From positions 558,001 to 622,000 of the forward strand of contig JAPMXV010000042.1 of the NCBI GenBank assembly GCA_026936335.1: a stretch of DNA of 64,000 bases, written 5' to 3'. Position numbers and translations under genes: made by a program. This DNA comes from Mantamonas sphyraenae STR306. Its lineage: Eukaryota; Protista; CRuMs. Below the pieces are notes generated by a model. It was not told the DNA's origin. It worked only from the letters and a program-made list of their open reading frames with translations, and did no database searches. Positions within the stretch are counted from its first letter, which is position 1. Each line of letters begins with the position of its first letter. Positions 23,956 to 36,000 of the stretch are shown here, piece after piece.

Positions 23956-24324
23956 TCACCATCCTCCAAGAAGCGTCACCATGTGCACACACACCACTCC
24001 CATGTTGACACGCACCACTACATTTTGCATGCCCACTGCGAACAGTGTGAGGACCTTGTAGACCACCTGCAGCGGGAACAAGACGCGGCCAATCATCTCC
24101 GCGCGAGCCCCGTCCACAAGTGCCATTGCAGACGCCATGGCAATCGCCGCGTACACGCAAGAAAGGATGCGTCGTGCCACAGTGTCTGGACCCAGAGCCT
24201 TGCCCATCCTGTAGCTGCCTCCGGAAAGCGCAAGCAACACAGGCACCAACACAACCACATTCACCGCGTGTGACACAAGCACCATCGACACTACCATTTG
24301 GCCTGTGTGCAAATGAAACACCAA
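23956..24324 (-). CDS. Small 4-TM membrane protein, bacterial-like hypothetical family
   Basis: NVVVLVPV...GPDTVARRILSCVY.AI...QVVYK...NVVV..N..V..H pattern; intronless. Confidence 0.6.
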   Translation of the reverse strand: MVFHLHTGQMVVSMVLVSHAVNVVVLVPVLLALSGGSYRMGKALGPDTVARRILSCVYAAIAMASAMALVDGARAEMIGRVLFPLQVVYKVLTLFAVGMQNVVVRVNMGVVCVHMVTLLGGW

Positions 24325-24358
24325 AGACGAGACGGGTTGTGCTGCATGTGCATGCGCA

Positions 24359-25307
24359 TTATTTCATTCGCACGGGCTCGTCCTTCCCTGCCAAACGCTG
24401 CTGAAACACCATTGCAGCGGCCATCCCTGCAATCCCACCATGCTCTTCCACATCATGACTCCCCTCCACAACGCCCCATTCCTCCTGCTGCACCACTGCC
24501 TCCAGACGTCCCGCTCGAAGCCCAGCCTCCACAGGAATGGCCCCGCACTCCAGCGCCAATGCCACGAGCACACTCTTTGCTTCGCAAACCATCTTGTGCT
24601 ACACCCACCCACCACCGTCTCCATGTCAGTCTGCCTGTTTCCTGCTTATTGCCTCCCTTGCTCCCACTCTCAGCTCTTCACTTACAAATGCCACCAGTTC
24701 CCACGCGTTCTTTGCCTCCACGATCTCCCTGACCCGTGCCAACGCCCCATCCGGATGCTTCGGCTTTGCAAAGCCCGTCGAAGTCGCCAATTCCAACCCA
24801 AACGAACGCGACACCGCGTCCGCGATCGGATCCCACTCCTCCTTCTGCCGACGCGCAAGTGCGTTCTCCCCGTCCACTCGATAGCACAAGGTGTCCGTCT
24901 CTGCATATTGCACCACCTCCTGCACTGCATTGCTCCGCAGCTCCTCCCCGCGGTCAATTGCCGTCGAAGCCATCACCATCTGCAACGCATGCCCAAACAC
25001 CCCTCGCCTCACCTTGTCAGCCCCATTCTGCCTGCGTCGCACGCACCCGTCTCTCTCCACTCACGTGATGCATTGTAAAAGGCAGAATGTGCTCCATCTG
25101 GTGCTGCCATTCAGCCGCAATCAGCGTCCCAACGACAGTGTCTGGCACAACCAGCCTGTTCCTCCCTGGCGTCCGTACAGGCCGTGCATCCAGACTGATT
25201 CCACACCATTCCTCGTTGCGCCCTTCTCTGTACACTCCGACCTCCTTGTAGAACCGTTTTGCCAGCCCGTTCGATGCCCCTGCTGCTACACGTGCCCGCT
25301 GAAACAT
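24359..25307 (-). CDS. ATP12: Mitochondrial F1-ATPase assembly factor ATP12, 3 exons
   Basis: Motifs KRFYKEV, LDARPVRTP, IAAEWQHQ..HI.P.TM, STAID, ETDTLCYR, Q.EEWG.VEG.HD. Confidence 0.9.
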
Positions 25308-25359
25308 GGCTTCCTCTCGCTGCCTCGCACAGCGCAACCTCCCCCGCACACAACACACA

Positions 25360-26727
25360 ATGTCCCATCGTCCCACACCCTCCCGCCCCATTCGTCTCTT
25401 TCTTCTCCTCTTCCTCCTCCTCCCGTCTGCACGTGCCCTCCCCTTCATCTTTGGCTCCCCAGCCACCGCCGACCGCTTTCGACGCGACCATTGGGACAAA
25501 ACACCCGCCCTCATTCGCCACCACAACTCCTCCCGCCTGGAAACCCTCGCCTCCATCGATCCTCTCCAGCCACACATCTTCCTATCCGCCAACCAGGCCA
25601 ATCTCGACATCCCTCTGCTGCACAACGGCCGCGATGTAACTCTGGCTCGTGCAAACACCGTCCTCGCCCACCCGCCCCTCCTCACACACTCTGCCATCCT
25701 TCGTGCCTACCACCGCCACAACTTCTCCCTCATCCTCCATCGCCACTGCATGCGCGACCCCAACGCAGCCTCCATTGCCGACGCCACCACACGCGCCTTT
25801 GCCCGCTGGACCACTGTCGACGTCCATGCACACCCATCCTCCCTCCCGGGCCCCTTTGGACCCGCCATGTATGACACTGACCTATTTATCCTTCAACTCA
25901 ATCGCTCCCGCGACATTGTTCTCCTTCACTGTCCTGCCCCGCACCTCCTCCCACATCGCTGGCGGCCCATCGCCCCCACCACCCTCCGTCGCTGGGCCCG
26001 CCGTCCCCTCCACAACTCTCGCTTCCGCCTCCATCCAGGCGATGTCCTCTACGTGCCCCGTGGCTGTGTCTTTCACGATGTCGGCGGCGAACCACACGCC
26101 CTTCAGTGGCACCTGCGCCTGCACCACGACCACCTCATCCGTGCCACAGCCCTCCAATGGCTCCTTTCCAATCCATCTCTCCTTCCTCGACCCGAACTCG
26201 ACGCTGGCTTCTCCTGGTCCCTCGCCCCGTCTCGCTCTCGTCACGGTCTTGGTCGAGCTGACTACACCTGGCGTCATCTCCTCCTCTCCTTCCTTGGCTA
26301 CGCTGCAGAACGCCATCCCACGTGGCGCACCGTCTTTCAACCCGACAAGTTGACCCAGCTTGCTCCGCTCCTCCGTCGCCACGCAAAGGCCTGGAACATC
26401 ACCGCCGCCTTTCGCTTCACCGAATACTGGTCCATGCATCCTCCCACCCTCATTTGGATCGATGCCCTCCTCCCTGGTGTCGACCATAACGACCCACATT
26501 CTGCACGCCAATCCTGGTCCCAGCGTTGGTCTGTTCTCCCACCCTCCCAGCAACGCGCTCTCAACACACACTTTCTCTCCCAAGTCAACTGGTTTGCGTC
26601 GCAACTCACTCGTTCCCACGTCATTCGATCCCTACGCGACTACATCGACGACCGCGCTCGCTGGGGCACCACCTCCCGCTCTGCCGATCGCATCGCCAGT
26701 CTCGTCGACCACCGCAACGCCCTCTAA
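25360..26727 (+). CDS. Secreted JmjC/cupin (NO66/MINA/ROXA-like) protein, apparently catalytically degenerate
   Basis: Signal peptide LFLLLFLLLPSARA; F.RDHWDK.P.LI; D.FILQL; LHPGDVLYVPRG..H. Confidence 0.65.
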   Translation: MSHRPTPSRPIRLFLLLFLLLPSARALPFIFGSPATADRFRRDHWDKTPALIRHHNSSRLETLASIDPLQPHIFLSANQANLDIPLLHNGRDVTLARANTVLAHPPLLTHSAILRAYHRHNFSLILHRHCMRDPNAASIADATTRAFARWTTVDVHAHPSSLPGPFGPAMYDTDLFILQLNRSRDIVLLHCPAPHLLPHRWRPIAPTTLRRWARRPLHNSRFRLHPGDVLYVPRGCVFHDVGGEPHALQWHLRLHHDHLIRATALQWLLSNPSLLPRPELDAGFSWSLAPSRSRHGLGRADYTWRHLLLSFLGYAAERHPTWRTVFQPDKLTQLAPLLRRHAKAWNITAAFRFTEYWSMHPPTLIWIDALLPGVDHNDPHSARQSWSQRWSVLPPSQQRALNTHFLSQVNWFASQLTRSHVIRSLRDYIDDRARWGTTSRSADRIASLVDHRNAL

Positions 26728-26760
26728 TTCCGTATGAACCCCCCTGTACATTTTCTTCCT

Positions 26761-28311
26761 TCACCTTCGATGCCGTCTCCTCTCTGCCAGATGCCGCCGT
26801 GCCTCCTCCAGAAAGTGTTGTGTCTCTGAAATCGAAGCCGCAAACTCCGCCCCCGGACTGCTCCGCATGCTGCTGTTGTGGTACGGCGATCCGTACGACG
26901 ACGACACCGACGGCGTCGATGCCAACGACACACTCGTCCTTTCCACTCGTTCCCTTTCCCGTTCCCGTTCCCGTTCCCGTTCCTGACGAGCCTGCGCCTC
27001 CTTCCTCCTGTGCTCCACCTCCATCTCCTCCCGTTGCCGCTCTCGTTCTTGCTCCCGCTTTTCCAATCTCAATCGCTCTGCACGTGCCTCTTCCAACTCC
27101 CTCTCCAAGCGCCGTCGCTCCTCCCGTTCTGCCCTTTCCTCCCGTTCTTCCTCCATTCGCCGACGTTCCTCGCGTGCTTCCCGTGCCTCACGCTCCTCCT
27201 CCATCCGACGCCGCTCCTCCTGCAGTCGCACCACCTCCTCTTCCAGCGCCCTTCTTCGCTGTCGTTCCTCCTCCACCTCTCGGTGGCTGTTCAGCTCACC
27301 CTGCTCCCGTCCCTCGTCTCTCTGCCTCTCCATCGCCATCCTTCGCTCCCTCTCCACCCCAAGTGCCTCCTCTGCAGCCATACGTCGCGATCGCTCCTCC
27401 CGTAACTCCTCCTCCATCTCTCGCATGCGTTGCAGAAGCAACTTGTTGTCTGCCACCACGAGCTCCAGCTGCCGTGCCTCCCCATGGCTCTGTGGTGATG
27501 ATGATCCCTCCAAGAACCGATCCAAAATCATTTCGTTGCTTGCCACACTCTCAGTGTCTGGGCTTGCCTGCCCAATGCTCTTCAGCTCCTCCTCCAGAGC
27601 CCTGATGTGTGCCTTGTCCTGCTCCACCTGAACCTGTAGCTTCAACAGCTCCCCTTGAGGCTCTGTAAACACCCCATTCACCACCTGTGCTGTGTTTCCG
27701 TCCAGCTGCTCAAACACACGTGCCAGCTGCGGCCCTTCTACGTCCTGCAGCAGATTCCGTGCATGGGCAAGATACTCGGCACTCTGCTGCTGCAGCGTCG
27801 TATACTGTCCCACAAATTGCTCAATCTTCCGTGCCACAACATCTGCCTGTCCCACGTGTTCCCGCCTCTTCCAACTCGGCCTTGCTGGCAGCGACCCGGC
27901 CGAAAGCGTCGATTCCCGACGCACTCCTTGCCCCGCGTCGCTTGCCTTTCCCACTGCCTGCGACTGCGACCGTCGCAGCGACTGCTCGCCCACCCGTTGC
28001 ACTGCAGAACCAACCATGTGCCCTTCCCTTCGCCCAGACGTTTCCAGCGTCGTTGTGCTCCGACTCGACGACGCACTCTGCAACAACGGTGGTCCCGCCT
28101 CTTTTGCTCCGTTGTCCGTCTGCACCCGCAGCTCCTTCCCACGCCCACTGCGTTGTTGGCCCTGCACCTGCGGTGACACCATACGATGGATCTGTCGTGC
28201 CGCACGTGCCGAAGATCGCTTGCTCTGCCCCTGCGACGTCTTGGCCTCCCCTGCACCGGCCACTGCCGTGCTTGTCCCTTGCTCTTCCCCGCCGCCCAGC
28301 CATGACCACAT
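26761..28311 (-). CDS. Coiled-coil / ER-rich helical protein
   Basis: Long ORF with a Ser-rich N-terminus and an EERRR-rich C-terminal half. Confidence 0.7.
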   Translation of the reverse strand: MWSWLGGGEEQGTSTAVAGAGEAKTSQGQSKRSSARAARQIHRMVSPQVQGQQRSGRGKELRVQTDNGAKEAGPPLLQSASSSRSTTTLETSGRREGHMVGSAVQRVGEQSLRRSQSQAVGKASDAGQGVRRESTLSAGSLPARPSWKRREHVGQADVVARKIEQFVGQYTTLQQQSAEYLAHARNLLQDVEGPQLARVFEQLDGNTAQVVNGVFTEPQGELLKLQVQVEQDKAHIRALEEELKSIGQASPDTESVASNEMILDRFLEGSSSPQSHGEARQLELVVADNKLLLQRMREMEEELREERSRRMAAEEALGVERERRMAMERQRDEGREQGELNSHREVEEERQRRRALEEEVVRLQEERRRMEEEREAREAREERRRMEEEREERAEREERRRLERELEEARAERLRLEKREQERERQREEMEVEHRRKEAQARQERERERERERERVERTSVSLASTPSVSSSYGSPYHNSSMRSSPGAEFAASISETQHFLEEARRHLAERRRHRR

Positions 28312-28344
28312 TTTCCTTGGCCCTGCGTTGTGTTGGTGCCATCC

Positions 28345-29955
28345 ATGCACAGTGCTTCCGAGCTAAGGCTAGCTGCCAAGCAGGCCATGGAGGATAGTCG
28401 CATCCTCCTTGAACATAGTCGCCTCATGAGCGGCATCCTCGATGGCACCGCGGAGTACGACCAGGACGACAGCGTCGAAAAGGGCCAACCCACCACCACG
28501 GACGATCACAGCGACAACGAATTCAACCACGACACTACCCTCGATCCCATCGAACCCATTGACAAGGACATTCCCAATCGCACCTCATCCTCACTGCATT
28601 TGGAACAACTTCAGAGCTCCACCTCGTCGTCGTCGTCGTCGTCCACCTCCGCCTCCACCACCTCTTCCTCCGCTTGGAGCCCGCATAGCCCCTGGGAGCG
28701 CACCGACCACATGCTCATCTGCAAACTGAGGGAACGCAGCGTGCTTGAACGCCAGTGGCGGAACATGGTGGCCAGGGGTGCCTCCACTCAACGGCTCCGC
28801 GCTCGCCAGAAGGAGCTGCTTGCCCTTTCTGTCGAACTCCTCACCTACATTGGCAAGCGGGAGAATGAGTGGCAAGAGTCAGAGGTGCGCATGCTCAACG
28901 ACACCGAGCTGACCCCTCTGCAGGAGCAGCACGTGCGTCTTGTCGAGCAGATGCAGGACACGCAAACACGCACACAAGCAGACACACGCGTCGTCCATGA
29001 ACTCGAAGCAGAGCTTGCTGACGCACGCGACAAGCTCCAAGTCGTCAACGAGCGCCACGAGGCCCTCATGGGACAGTGGGACCAGGGCGCTCCACTCTGG
29101 AACAGGGAGAACCTCGCCGTGCAGCTCCAGGTCCTCACCCAGCAAGCAGAGAGCTACAACAGCATCCTCGCAGGCATAACGGAGGATCTGGCACTCCACC
29201 AGCACATGGCACGCCAGAGTGGCCTTGTCCTCGACCGTCTGCGTCGCGAGGTTGCTTCCCTCGAGGACGCCATCTCCTGGACCACCACCTCCATTCGCGA
29301 TCGTCAGCACGACCTTGTCCGTCGCTGGCAGGATCGCCAACGCACAATGCTCCAAGACATCACAGACCTCGCACTCGGTGACGAAGCACACCCATCCAAC
29401 AGCACCACCGACTCCACCCCAGACAACCAACCGTCCTCTGCACACCTGATCGCACACTCACAATCCACTCAAAGCAGCTCCCTCGACCAGGACACCATCC
29501 GTGCGGTCGAAACTCTCCTTTCAGGCGTCACTGTGTGGCGCTTGCTCCGTGGCCAGCTTGTCCAGCGCACCGCTCGCCTTTCCCGCGACCTTGGCCGCCT
29601 CAACCTTCTCCGTCCGGGCAAACGCGTCGAAGAAGCCTTTGTTCGCCTCGATCACATCCAGTCCGTCGCCGTCGCAGATGCAAGCAACGAGATCTGGAGG
29701 CACATCCGACGCAAACAGCGCCATCTACGAGATCGCGCCGCCTTTCTCCGTACGACAATTGAGCAGCATCCCGCCGTCGACGGTATTCCTGGCCAAACGC
29801 TCCTCACCAGAGATGTGGTCACGCTTTCCAAAGCCAAAGGCGACGACTGGCATCTCATGATCGCCCAGGACGATCTATGGCTCTTCGACACAGGATTGGC
29901 CACCCTCCTTCCGGATGCCCCATCCTCCAACACAACCAACACAAACTTCTCCTGA
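28345..29955 (+). CDS. Coiled-coil protein with C-terminal PH-like domain
   Basis: Heptad-rich middle; C-terminal LLSGVTVWRL..R...LSRDL..L and W..GL..LL resemble PLC/Mcp5-type PH domains. Confidence 0.65.
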   Translation: MHSASELRLAAKQAMEDSRILLEHSRLMSGILDGTAEYDQDDSVEKGQPTTTDDHSDNEFNHDTTLDPIEPIDKDIPNRTSSSLHLEQLQSSTSSSSSSSTSASTTSSSAWSPHSPWERTDHMLICKLRERSVLERQWRNMVARGASTQRLRARQKELLALSVELLTYIGKRENEWQESEVRMLNDTELTPLQEQHVRLVEQMQDTQTRTQADTRVVHELEAELADARDKLQVVNERHEALMGQWDQGAPLWNRENLAVQLQVLTQQAESYNSILAGITEDLALHQHMARQSGLVLDRLRREVASLEDAISWTTTSIRDRQHDLVRRWQDRQRTMLQDITDLALGDEAHPSNSTTDSTPDNQPSSAHLIAHSQSTQSSSLDQDTIRAVETLLSGVTVWRLLRGQLVQRTARLSRDLGRLNLLRPGKRVEEAFVRLDHIQSVAVADASNEIWRHIRRKQRHLRDRAAFLRTTIEQHPAVDGIPGQTLLTRDVVTLSKAKGDDWHLMIAQDDLWLFDTGLATLLPDAPSSNTTNTNFS

Positions 29956-30005
29956 ACAAAACAATGTATACTCTGTAAAAATGACGGTTCGTTTTGATCC
30001 AATTC

Positions 30006-33000
30006 TCACATGTAGCTCCTGATCTCTTCGCCCAAGAACCCTTCGATTTTGCCGCACACCACATGCGTCTTCTTCTCCACCTCGTCGTGTCCATCCTCCA
30101 TGAGCTCCGCCAGGAAACCAATCGAATCCGGCAGCAGCACCAGAAACTCCTCTCCCAGCAAACGGTACCACTCTTCCACCACACGCAGCGCCGCCAGCCG
30201 CACGCGCCAGTCCTCCGATCGCGTCTCCATAAGCACCTTGTAGTTCAGACCCTTCCACAGTTCGTCGTGGCCCGCAGCCACTGCCAATTGGCCCAGACAC
30301 TCCACAAGCACGTCCACGCGACGCTCGTACTCGCCGCTCTCCACATCGTACGCGGGCTGCACTGCAAGCTGGCTCACCAGCGCCTCCGACAGCGCCTCCA
30401 TACGCTCCTCGTTCACCACGTCGCTCTCCTTGTCGTATCGGAAGCACAGCAGCAGCGAACGCACAATGCTGCCCCAGAGCGACTTTTGCTGCTCCACCTG
30501 CCGCTTGCGCTTCGAGGCGTTCTTGCTGCGCCCGCCATACACAAGTTCTTCTGCCCCGGCAAACATTTTCAGCAACGTCATTTGCTGCTCCACCACCTGG
30601 TGGAAGTATCCCACAAAGATGCTCTTCAGGCGCTCCGCCAGCGCCTCCACCACCTTGTAGAACATCACCAGACGTGCAAAGTTGACATCCTCCATACTGT
30701 GCACCTGCGCCCACTCGCACAGCCGCAGAAACTGCGGGCGGAACAGATTCTCGTTCAACTTCATGCACAATTGCAGGTATGCCTGGATCATGCGCTCTTC
30801 CACCGCATCCACCACGTCGCTTCCCACTCGTTTCTGGAACTCCTTGCGCAGGTCAAATGCACTCAACAGGAACTGCATGATCACTTCGTGGTAGCTCTTG
30901 ACTCCCGCCCTGTCCAGCTGTGCTGCCACCTTGCCCAGCAGATCAAACAGCGTACACAGTGCCACCTGCGCGCCGCTCTTGGCCGCAGGGACATACTGCG
31001 AAAACAGCGCCGGCAACAACGTACGCGGCTCCACCTGGTGCACCACCAGCTCCAGCACACTCTGGACCTTGTTGCGTACCTCGGCCCCGTGCTCCGCAAA
31101 CCTTGCATGCAGCAGCGCGTGGTGGCTCAGCAGCGGTTCCAGATACGGCTGCACAAACGCAGCCAGCCGAGCCATCACCACCTCCAAGCACGCCAACGCA
31201 GCCACCGTCAGCTCGTCGCTCTCCGCTTCGTCGCCCAGCACACGTACCACACCAGCCATCACCTCGGTCAGCCCGCCGATGCAGTATTTCACCTGCAGCT
31301 CTGCAAACAGACTCGCCACACACAGAAACGCCGCCTCCTTGCGAGCCGGCCCCTGCGTGTGACCCAATTGCTCCACCACAACCGGAATCAGCGTCGCAAA
31401 CACAGGCGGCACATCCGCGGCAAACACACGGGTCAACACCTCCAGCGTCACCAACACCTCTACCACTTCCTCCTCCTCGGCCTCGGGCGCACGCACAAGC
31501 TCCACCAAGCGCGGGATGATGCCTACACACTCCTGGATCTCTGCCTCGTCCAACTGTCCCTTGAACTGTTCGATGCGTGCGTTGAACATGCCGATGGCTC
31601 TGTGGCGCAGCACCTGTGCGGGATCGCTGATCACCTTGTGGATGGCACTCACAAAGCCCTGCACAGAGAACAACTGGTTCACCTGCCTCAGCGCTTCGTA
31701 GCTGCGGTTCACAAGCGACCCGCTTCCCAGCGCACTGCCCTGGTTTGCAATCACAAACAGCTGCTGCATGATCAAATGCAGCCACGCTTGCAGCTCGTTC
31801 TCGATGCGTTGCTCCTGCTTCTCTTCTTGCAGGCGCGACAGAAGCGACGTGCTGCTCAGCTGGCCGCTGATGAAATCCAGTGTGATGGCACTCCTGTACA
31901 AGCTGCGTGGTCTTGGTACTGCTGCTGCTGCTGCTTCCGTTGTCGTTGCGTCGCACAGCCTTGGTCAGTGCCCGGCTCATGTCCTCCACCAGCTGCAGCA
32001 TCATCAGCATCATGTCCAGACCAGCGTACTCCTGGCCTAGCTTGTATGCAAACTGAACCGTCGCCCTGTGGATGGCCTGTACCTCGCGGTGGCCGTGCAG
32101 CAGCGCACGGAACACAATGTGCATCTTGGTGCTGGTCAGCACCTCCACGAGCACCTTGAAGATTTGCATACGTCTGTGGGCCGCAATCTGCGGAAACTCC
32201 TCCACAAACACATCCACCAGTGCGGCCATGCGCTCCACGCTCCCAGCCACCAGTGGCGGTGCAATCGAGCGGATGGCTCGTTCCATCGCCTGCATGGAGT
32301 ACTCGTCTGTCGCTTGCAGTGTCGTGCTGCCCAGATATGTCAGCACGCCCAGCACACTGTCCAGAACCGTCTCGCCAAGCACATCTGCGAGCGAGCCCAA
32401 CAGCAGCAGTGCTGCGTTGTGCGTCTGCGGGTTGTCGCTTGTGCGGATGCACTGCACGACTGCCTCCACATCAAACAGCGCCTGGTACCTGCTGTTGTCT
32501 GCCGTTTCCGACTTGGTCCTCTGCTTCTTGCTGCTGCTCTTCGTTTTCTTGCTGCTTCTTCGCTTGCCCACACGCTGTCGCTTGCTTTCCTCGCCAGCTT
32601 CCTCTGCCTCCTTGTCGTCCTCGTCGTCTTCGTCATCCACAAACCCGTCGCCAGCATTGGCTGCAGCTGCCTCGCTGGCGGCCATGCTTGCCGCTGCGTC
32701 CTCTCGCTTCATCAGCATCAGCACGCGCGACAGACTGTTCAGCAGCAGCTGCTTGAGGTATTCCTTACGTTGGTTGTCCATCAGGCCGGCAAGGTTGTTG
32801 AACAGCGGCTCCACAAGCAGACTGGGCTCGTCCACAAGGTCCATGTTCTGCAAGATCTCCAGAGCCACCACGCTGCGCTCCTGTGCCCCGATCAGCACAT
32901 CCAGCATCAGGTTTGCGTGCACACGCACTCGCCTCAGCAGCATGCGTGCCTGTCCCTTGAGCGGCGATGCAGCGCTGGCGTCGCACAGCACCGCAAACAA

Positions 33001-36000
33001 TTCATCCACAACCGACGCTTGGCTGGGCCTCTCCAGCGCTGCGAACCACTCACGAGTGCAGCGGCGCAGCAAGAGCTCGCCCCACACGCCACGAACGCCT
33101 GCCACGACGTCTCTCCACAGTGCAAAGGCGTCCACCGAGCTGTTGGCCGCAAACAGGCTTGCACCCTCTTCGTTCACCAGCCGCTCCAGCATCATGGTCA
33201 CCGCACGCCTGTTCCACGCATGGTCGCCCTCTCCACCCTGTGCTACGCCCGCCAAGTGCTCACGCAGGCTGTCCACACACAAGGCCAGCGTGTGTGCACG
33301 TGTGTTGGTGCCACGCAGTGCAAACCGCAGTAGCGTACGCCTCAGTTCCGCGTCCCGTGTCTCGGCCAGCGCCAATCCCACCAGCATGGCATGCAGCGAC
33401 TCCCATTGGCTCTGGGTGCAGCTCTTGCTCCAGCGACCCACAACCTTGAGCGCAAAGCCGTTGTCCTCCAGCATGGCATGGCTGGACTCGGCCAGCACAG
33501 ACAGCAACTGCGCCAGTGTATCCGCTTCGGTGCCTCCCGTCGCCGTCTGCATGCCCTTGCGCACACGCAACCTCTCAAATGGCAGTGCAGCCGCACTGCC
33601 TTTGGCCTTGCGCTTGCCTCCCTTGCCGCCGGCTGCACCATTCTCTGCGTCCACCAGACTCGAGAGCAGCCGCACGGTGGTCAGGGCGCCGTGTCGTACC
33701 ACCTTTTCATCGTCGACCAGGCAGTGCAGGACGTGCCCCATCACCCACTGCACCTGCTGAGCCGCACCTGCGCCCAGCTCTTTGGCCAGAGCTTCCACCA
33801 TCATGTTGAACAGTGCCAGCGCGCGCACGCGCACGTACAGACTGCCCTTGGCCAGGCATGCCTCGTCCAGCAGGAACTGCAGGCTGCGATCGCCCAGCCG
33901 CTTTCCCAGCAACGTCGCCACGCACTTGTCCAGCGCATGGGCCACGCCTGTGCCCAGCGTGTGCTTCTGCAACGCAAAAACCTGCCTGTACAGCGCCTCG
34001 CCCTCGTCATCCTGCTTGTCCACAGCTCTCCCTTCCCTTAGAATATGTTCCAGTGCGTACACGCACACACCCAACACAGCTGCCATGTCCACCGGCGCCC
34101 CCTTGCGCGTAGCAAACACGTTCAGGTCCATCGCCTGCCAGTCGTCGTCACCAAACTGCACCATGTGACTCAGCGAGGCCGTACTGCTGCTACTGCTGCT
34201 GCTGCTGCTGCTGCCCTTCTTGCTGTTGACCAACAGGGGCAAAACGTTGTGCAGTGCCTGCAGCAGCGTTTGCAACGAGGCGGCCGACCCGTCATGAGCA
34301 AGGGACAGCACACCCAATCCCAGGGCCACCAGCGCGTGTTGGTTGTCCAGCGTCTGTTGCATTTGGCCACAGCATGCACTCAGCACGGCCTGCATGTGTT
34401 CCTGGCCCTCGCGGCCTTCTTTGGCCAGCTTCTTGCTCCACGAGGCCACCACCTGCTCGTGAGATGAGCCCTTCAGGCCCAGTGCCCCCAGGGCCTTCTT
34501 GCGCATGGTCTCACTGTTCACGTTGTTCTGTACAGAGCAAGCGAGCAGCGAAGGCACCACGCTTGCGTCGCCTGCCTCGGCCAGGGTGGCCAGTGCCTCG
34601 ATGCCCACCACAGCCGCATCCTCGTCCGCGAGTGCCCACGTATGCTTGTGTGGCAGACAACGTGCAGCTGCAGTCACCACTGCCCGTCTGCCTGCAAGCT
34701 CGTGCACGTTGGGAAACTGCAGAGCCGCAGCAACCACTCGAAGCTCCTCATCGGCCAGTCTGTTGCGCAGCGAATGCTTCACAAACTCCTGGTCCACACC
34801 TTCGCTGTCCACCACCTTGCTCAGCTGCTCCAAGCCCACCAAACGCATATCCACGTCCGGGTTCTCGATGGCCATAAACAGGGTGGTGTCGCTGTCGGGC
34901 AGCACCTGGTGCCGCGTTCCGCTTCCTCGCTCTCGGCTGCTGCTTCCAAACACGCGGCCCATCAGCTTAACCATCAGCTTGCTCTTGCCCTTTTCCTTCA
35001 TGTGCTTGGCAAGGATGGCATCCACTTCCTGCGGGTAGCGCTGCTCCAGCGTACGCACAAGCATGGCCACTGCGTTGGTTTCCTCTCCGTCCTCCTCGTC
35101 GTCGTTGTTCGCTGCATCGTCGTCGTCGTCTTCGTCGTCATCGTCGTCGTCATCGTTTGCTCGGCGTGTGTCCTTGACAAACTGAGCGATGGCACGTTCT
35201 GTGATTGCGGCCACGTGTCGCTCAATGGGCACGTTCTGTACAAAGCTGCGCACCAGCTTGGCTGTCTGCACGCCGCCGTCTTCCAGCAGACGCTGAACAA
35301 AGAGATCGACAAAGGCACCCAGCTCGTAGCGCTCTCCCAGCCTGGCCAGGGTTTCCACCAGCAGCGGGTGTTCCTTCAGCGCACCGTAAGCGGCAGGCGG
35401 CAGAGTGCCCAGCGCCTGCTTGTGTGTGGCACACACGTGCACCAAGCAGCTCAGCATGGGCCCAAACACTGTGTCGTGTTGGCCATTCTCTGCGGCAGCC
35501 TCCACGAGAGGGGCGACCAGCTTCTTGTTGAGGCTGGTGACCGACACCAGCTGCGTCACAATGAGCAGCGATGCAATCTGGGGTTACGCACGCACACAAA
35601 CGCAGAGCCATGCGTAGACAGGCAGGTGTCCGGTGTCCGGTGTCAGGGTGCTGGGCTTGTGTGTGTCTCTTCCATAGGCGGTGGGCGGTGGGATCGAAAA
35701 AGAAAAACACAGACACATATTCCTTCCCACACGGTTGCACTCTGCTGCCAAACGCTGCAGCATTGGTCAGAAGTGTAATTTTTTTGTGTTGGAAAATTGT
35801 CGAAACTAGTTCTCAACAGTGTGGTGATGGCCACTTGAGAGAGCTGGGTAGAGCAGTTCCAATCGTCATTCCAATGCACAAAAGCGTTTTCACAGAGGCA
35901 ACCGCGGCCATGCACTTCTCTCTCCACATGCACACCCACACACCATACGAAGGGCAATTTGGGGCGCTCACCTGGTACTCTTTCCATCTGCTCTCGAGAC

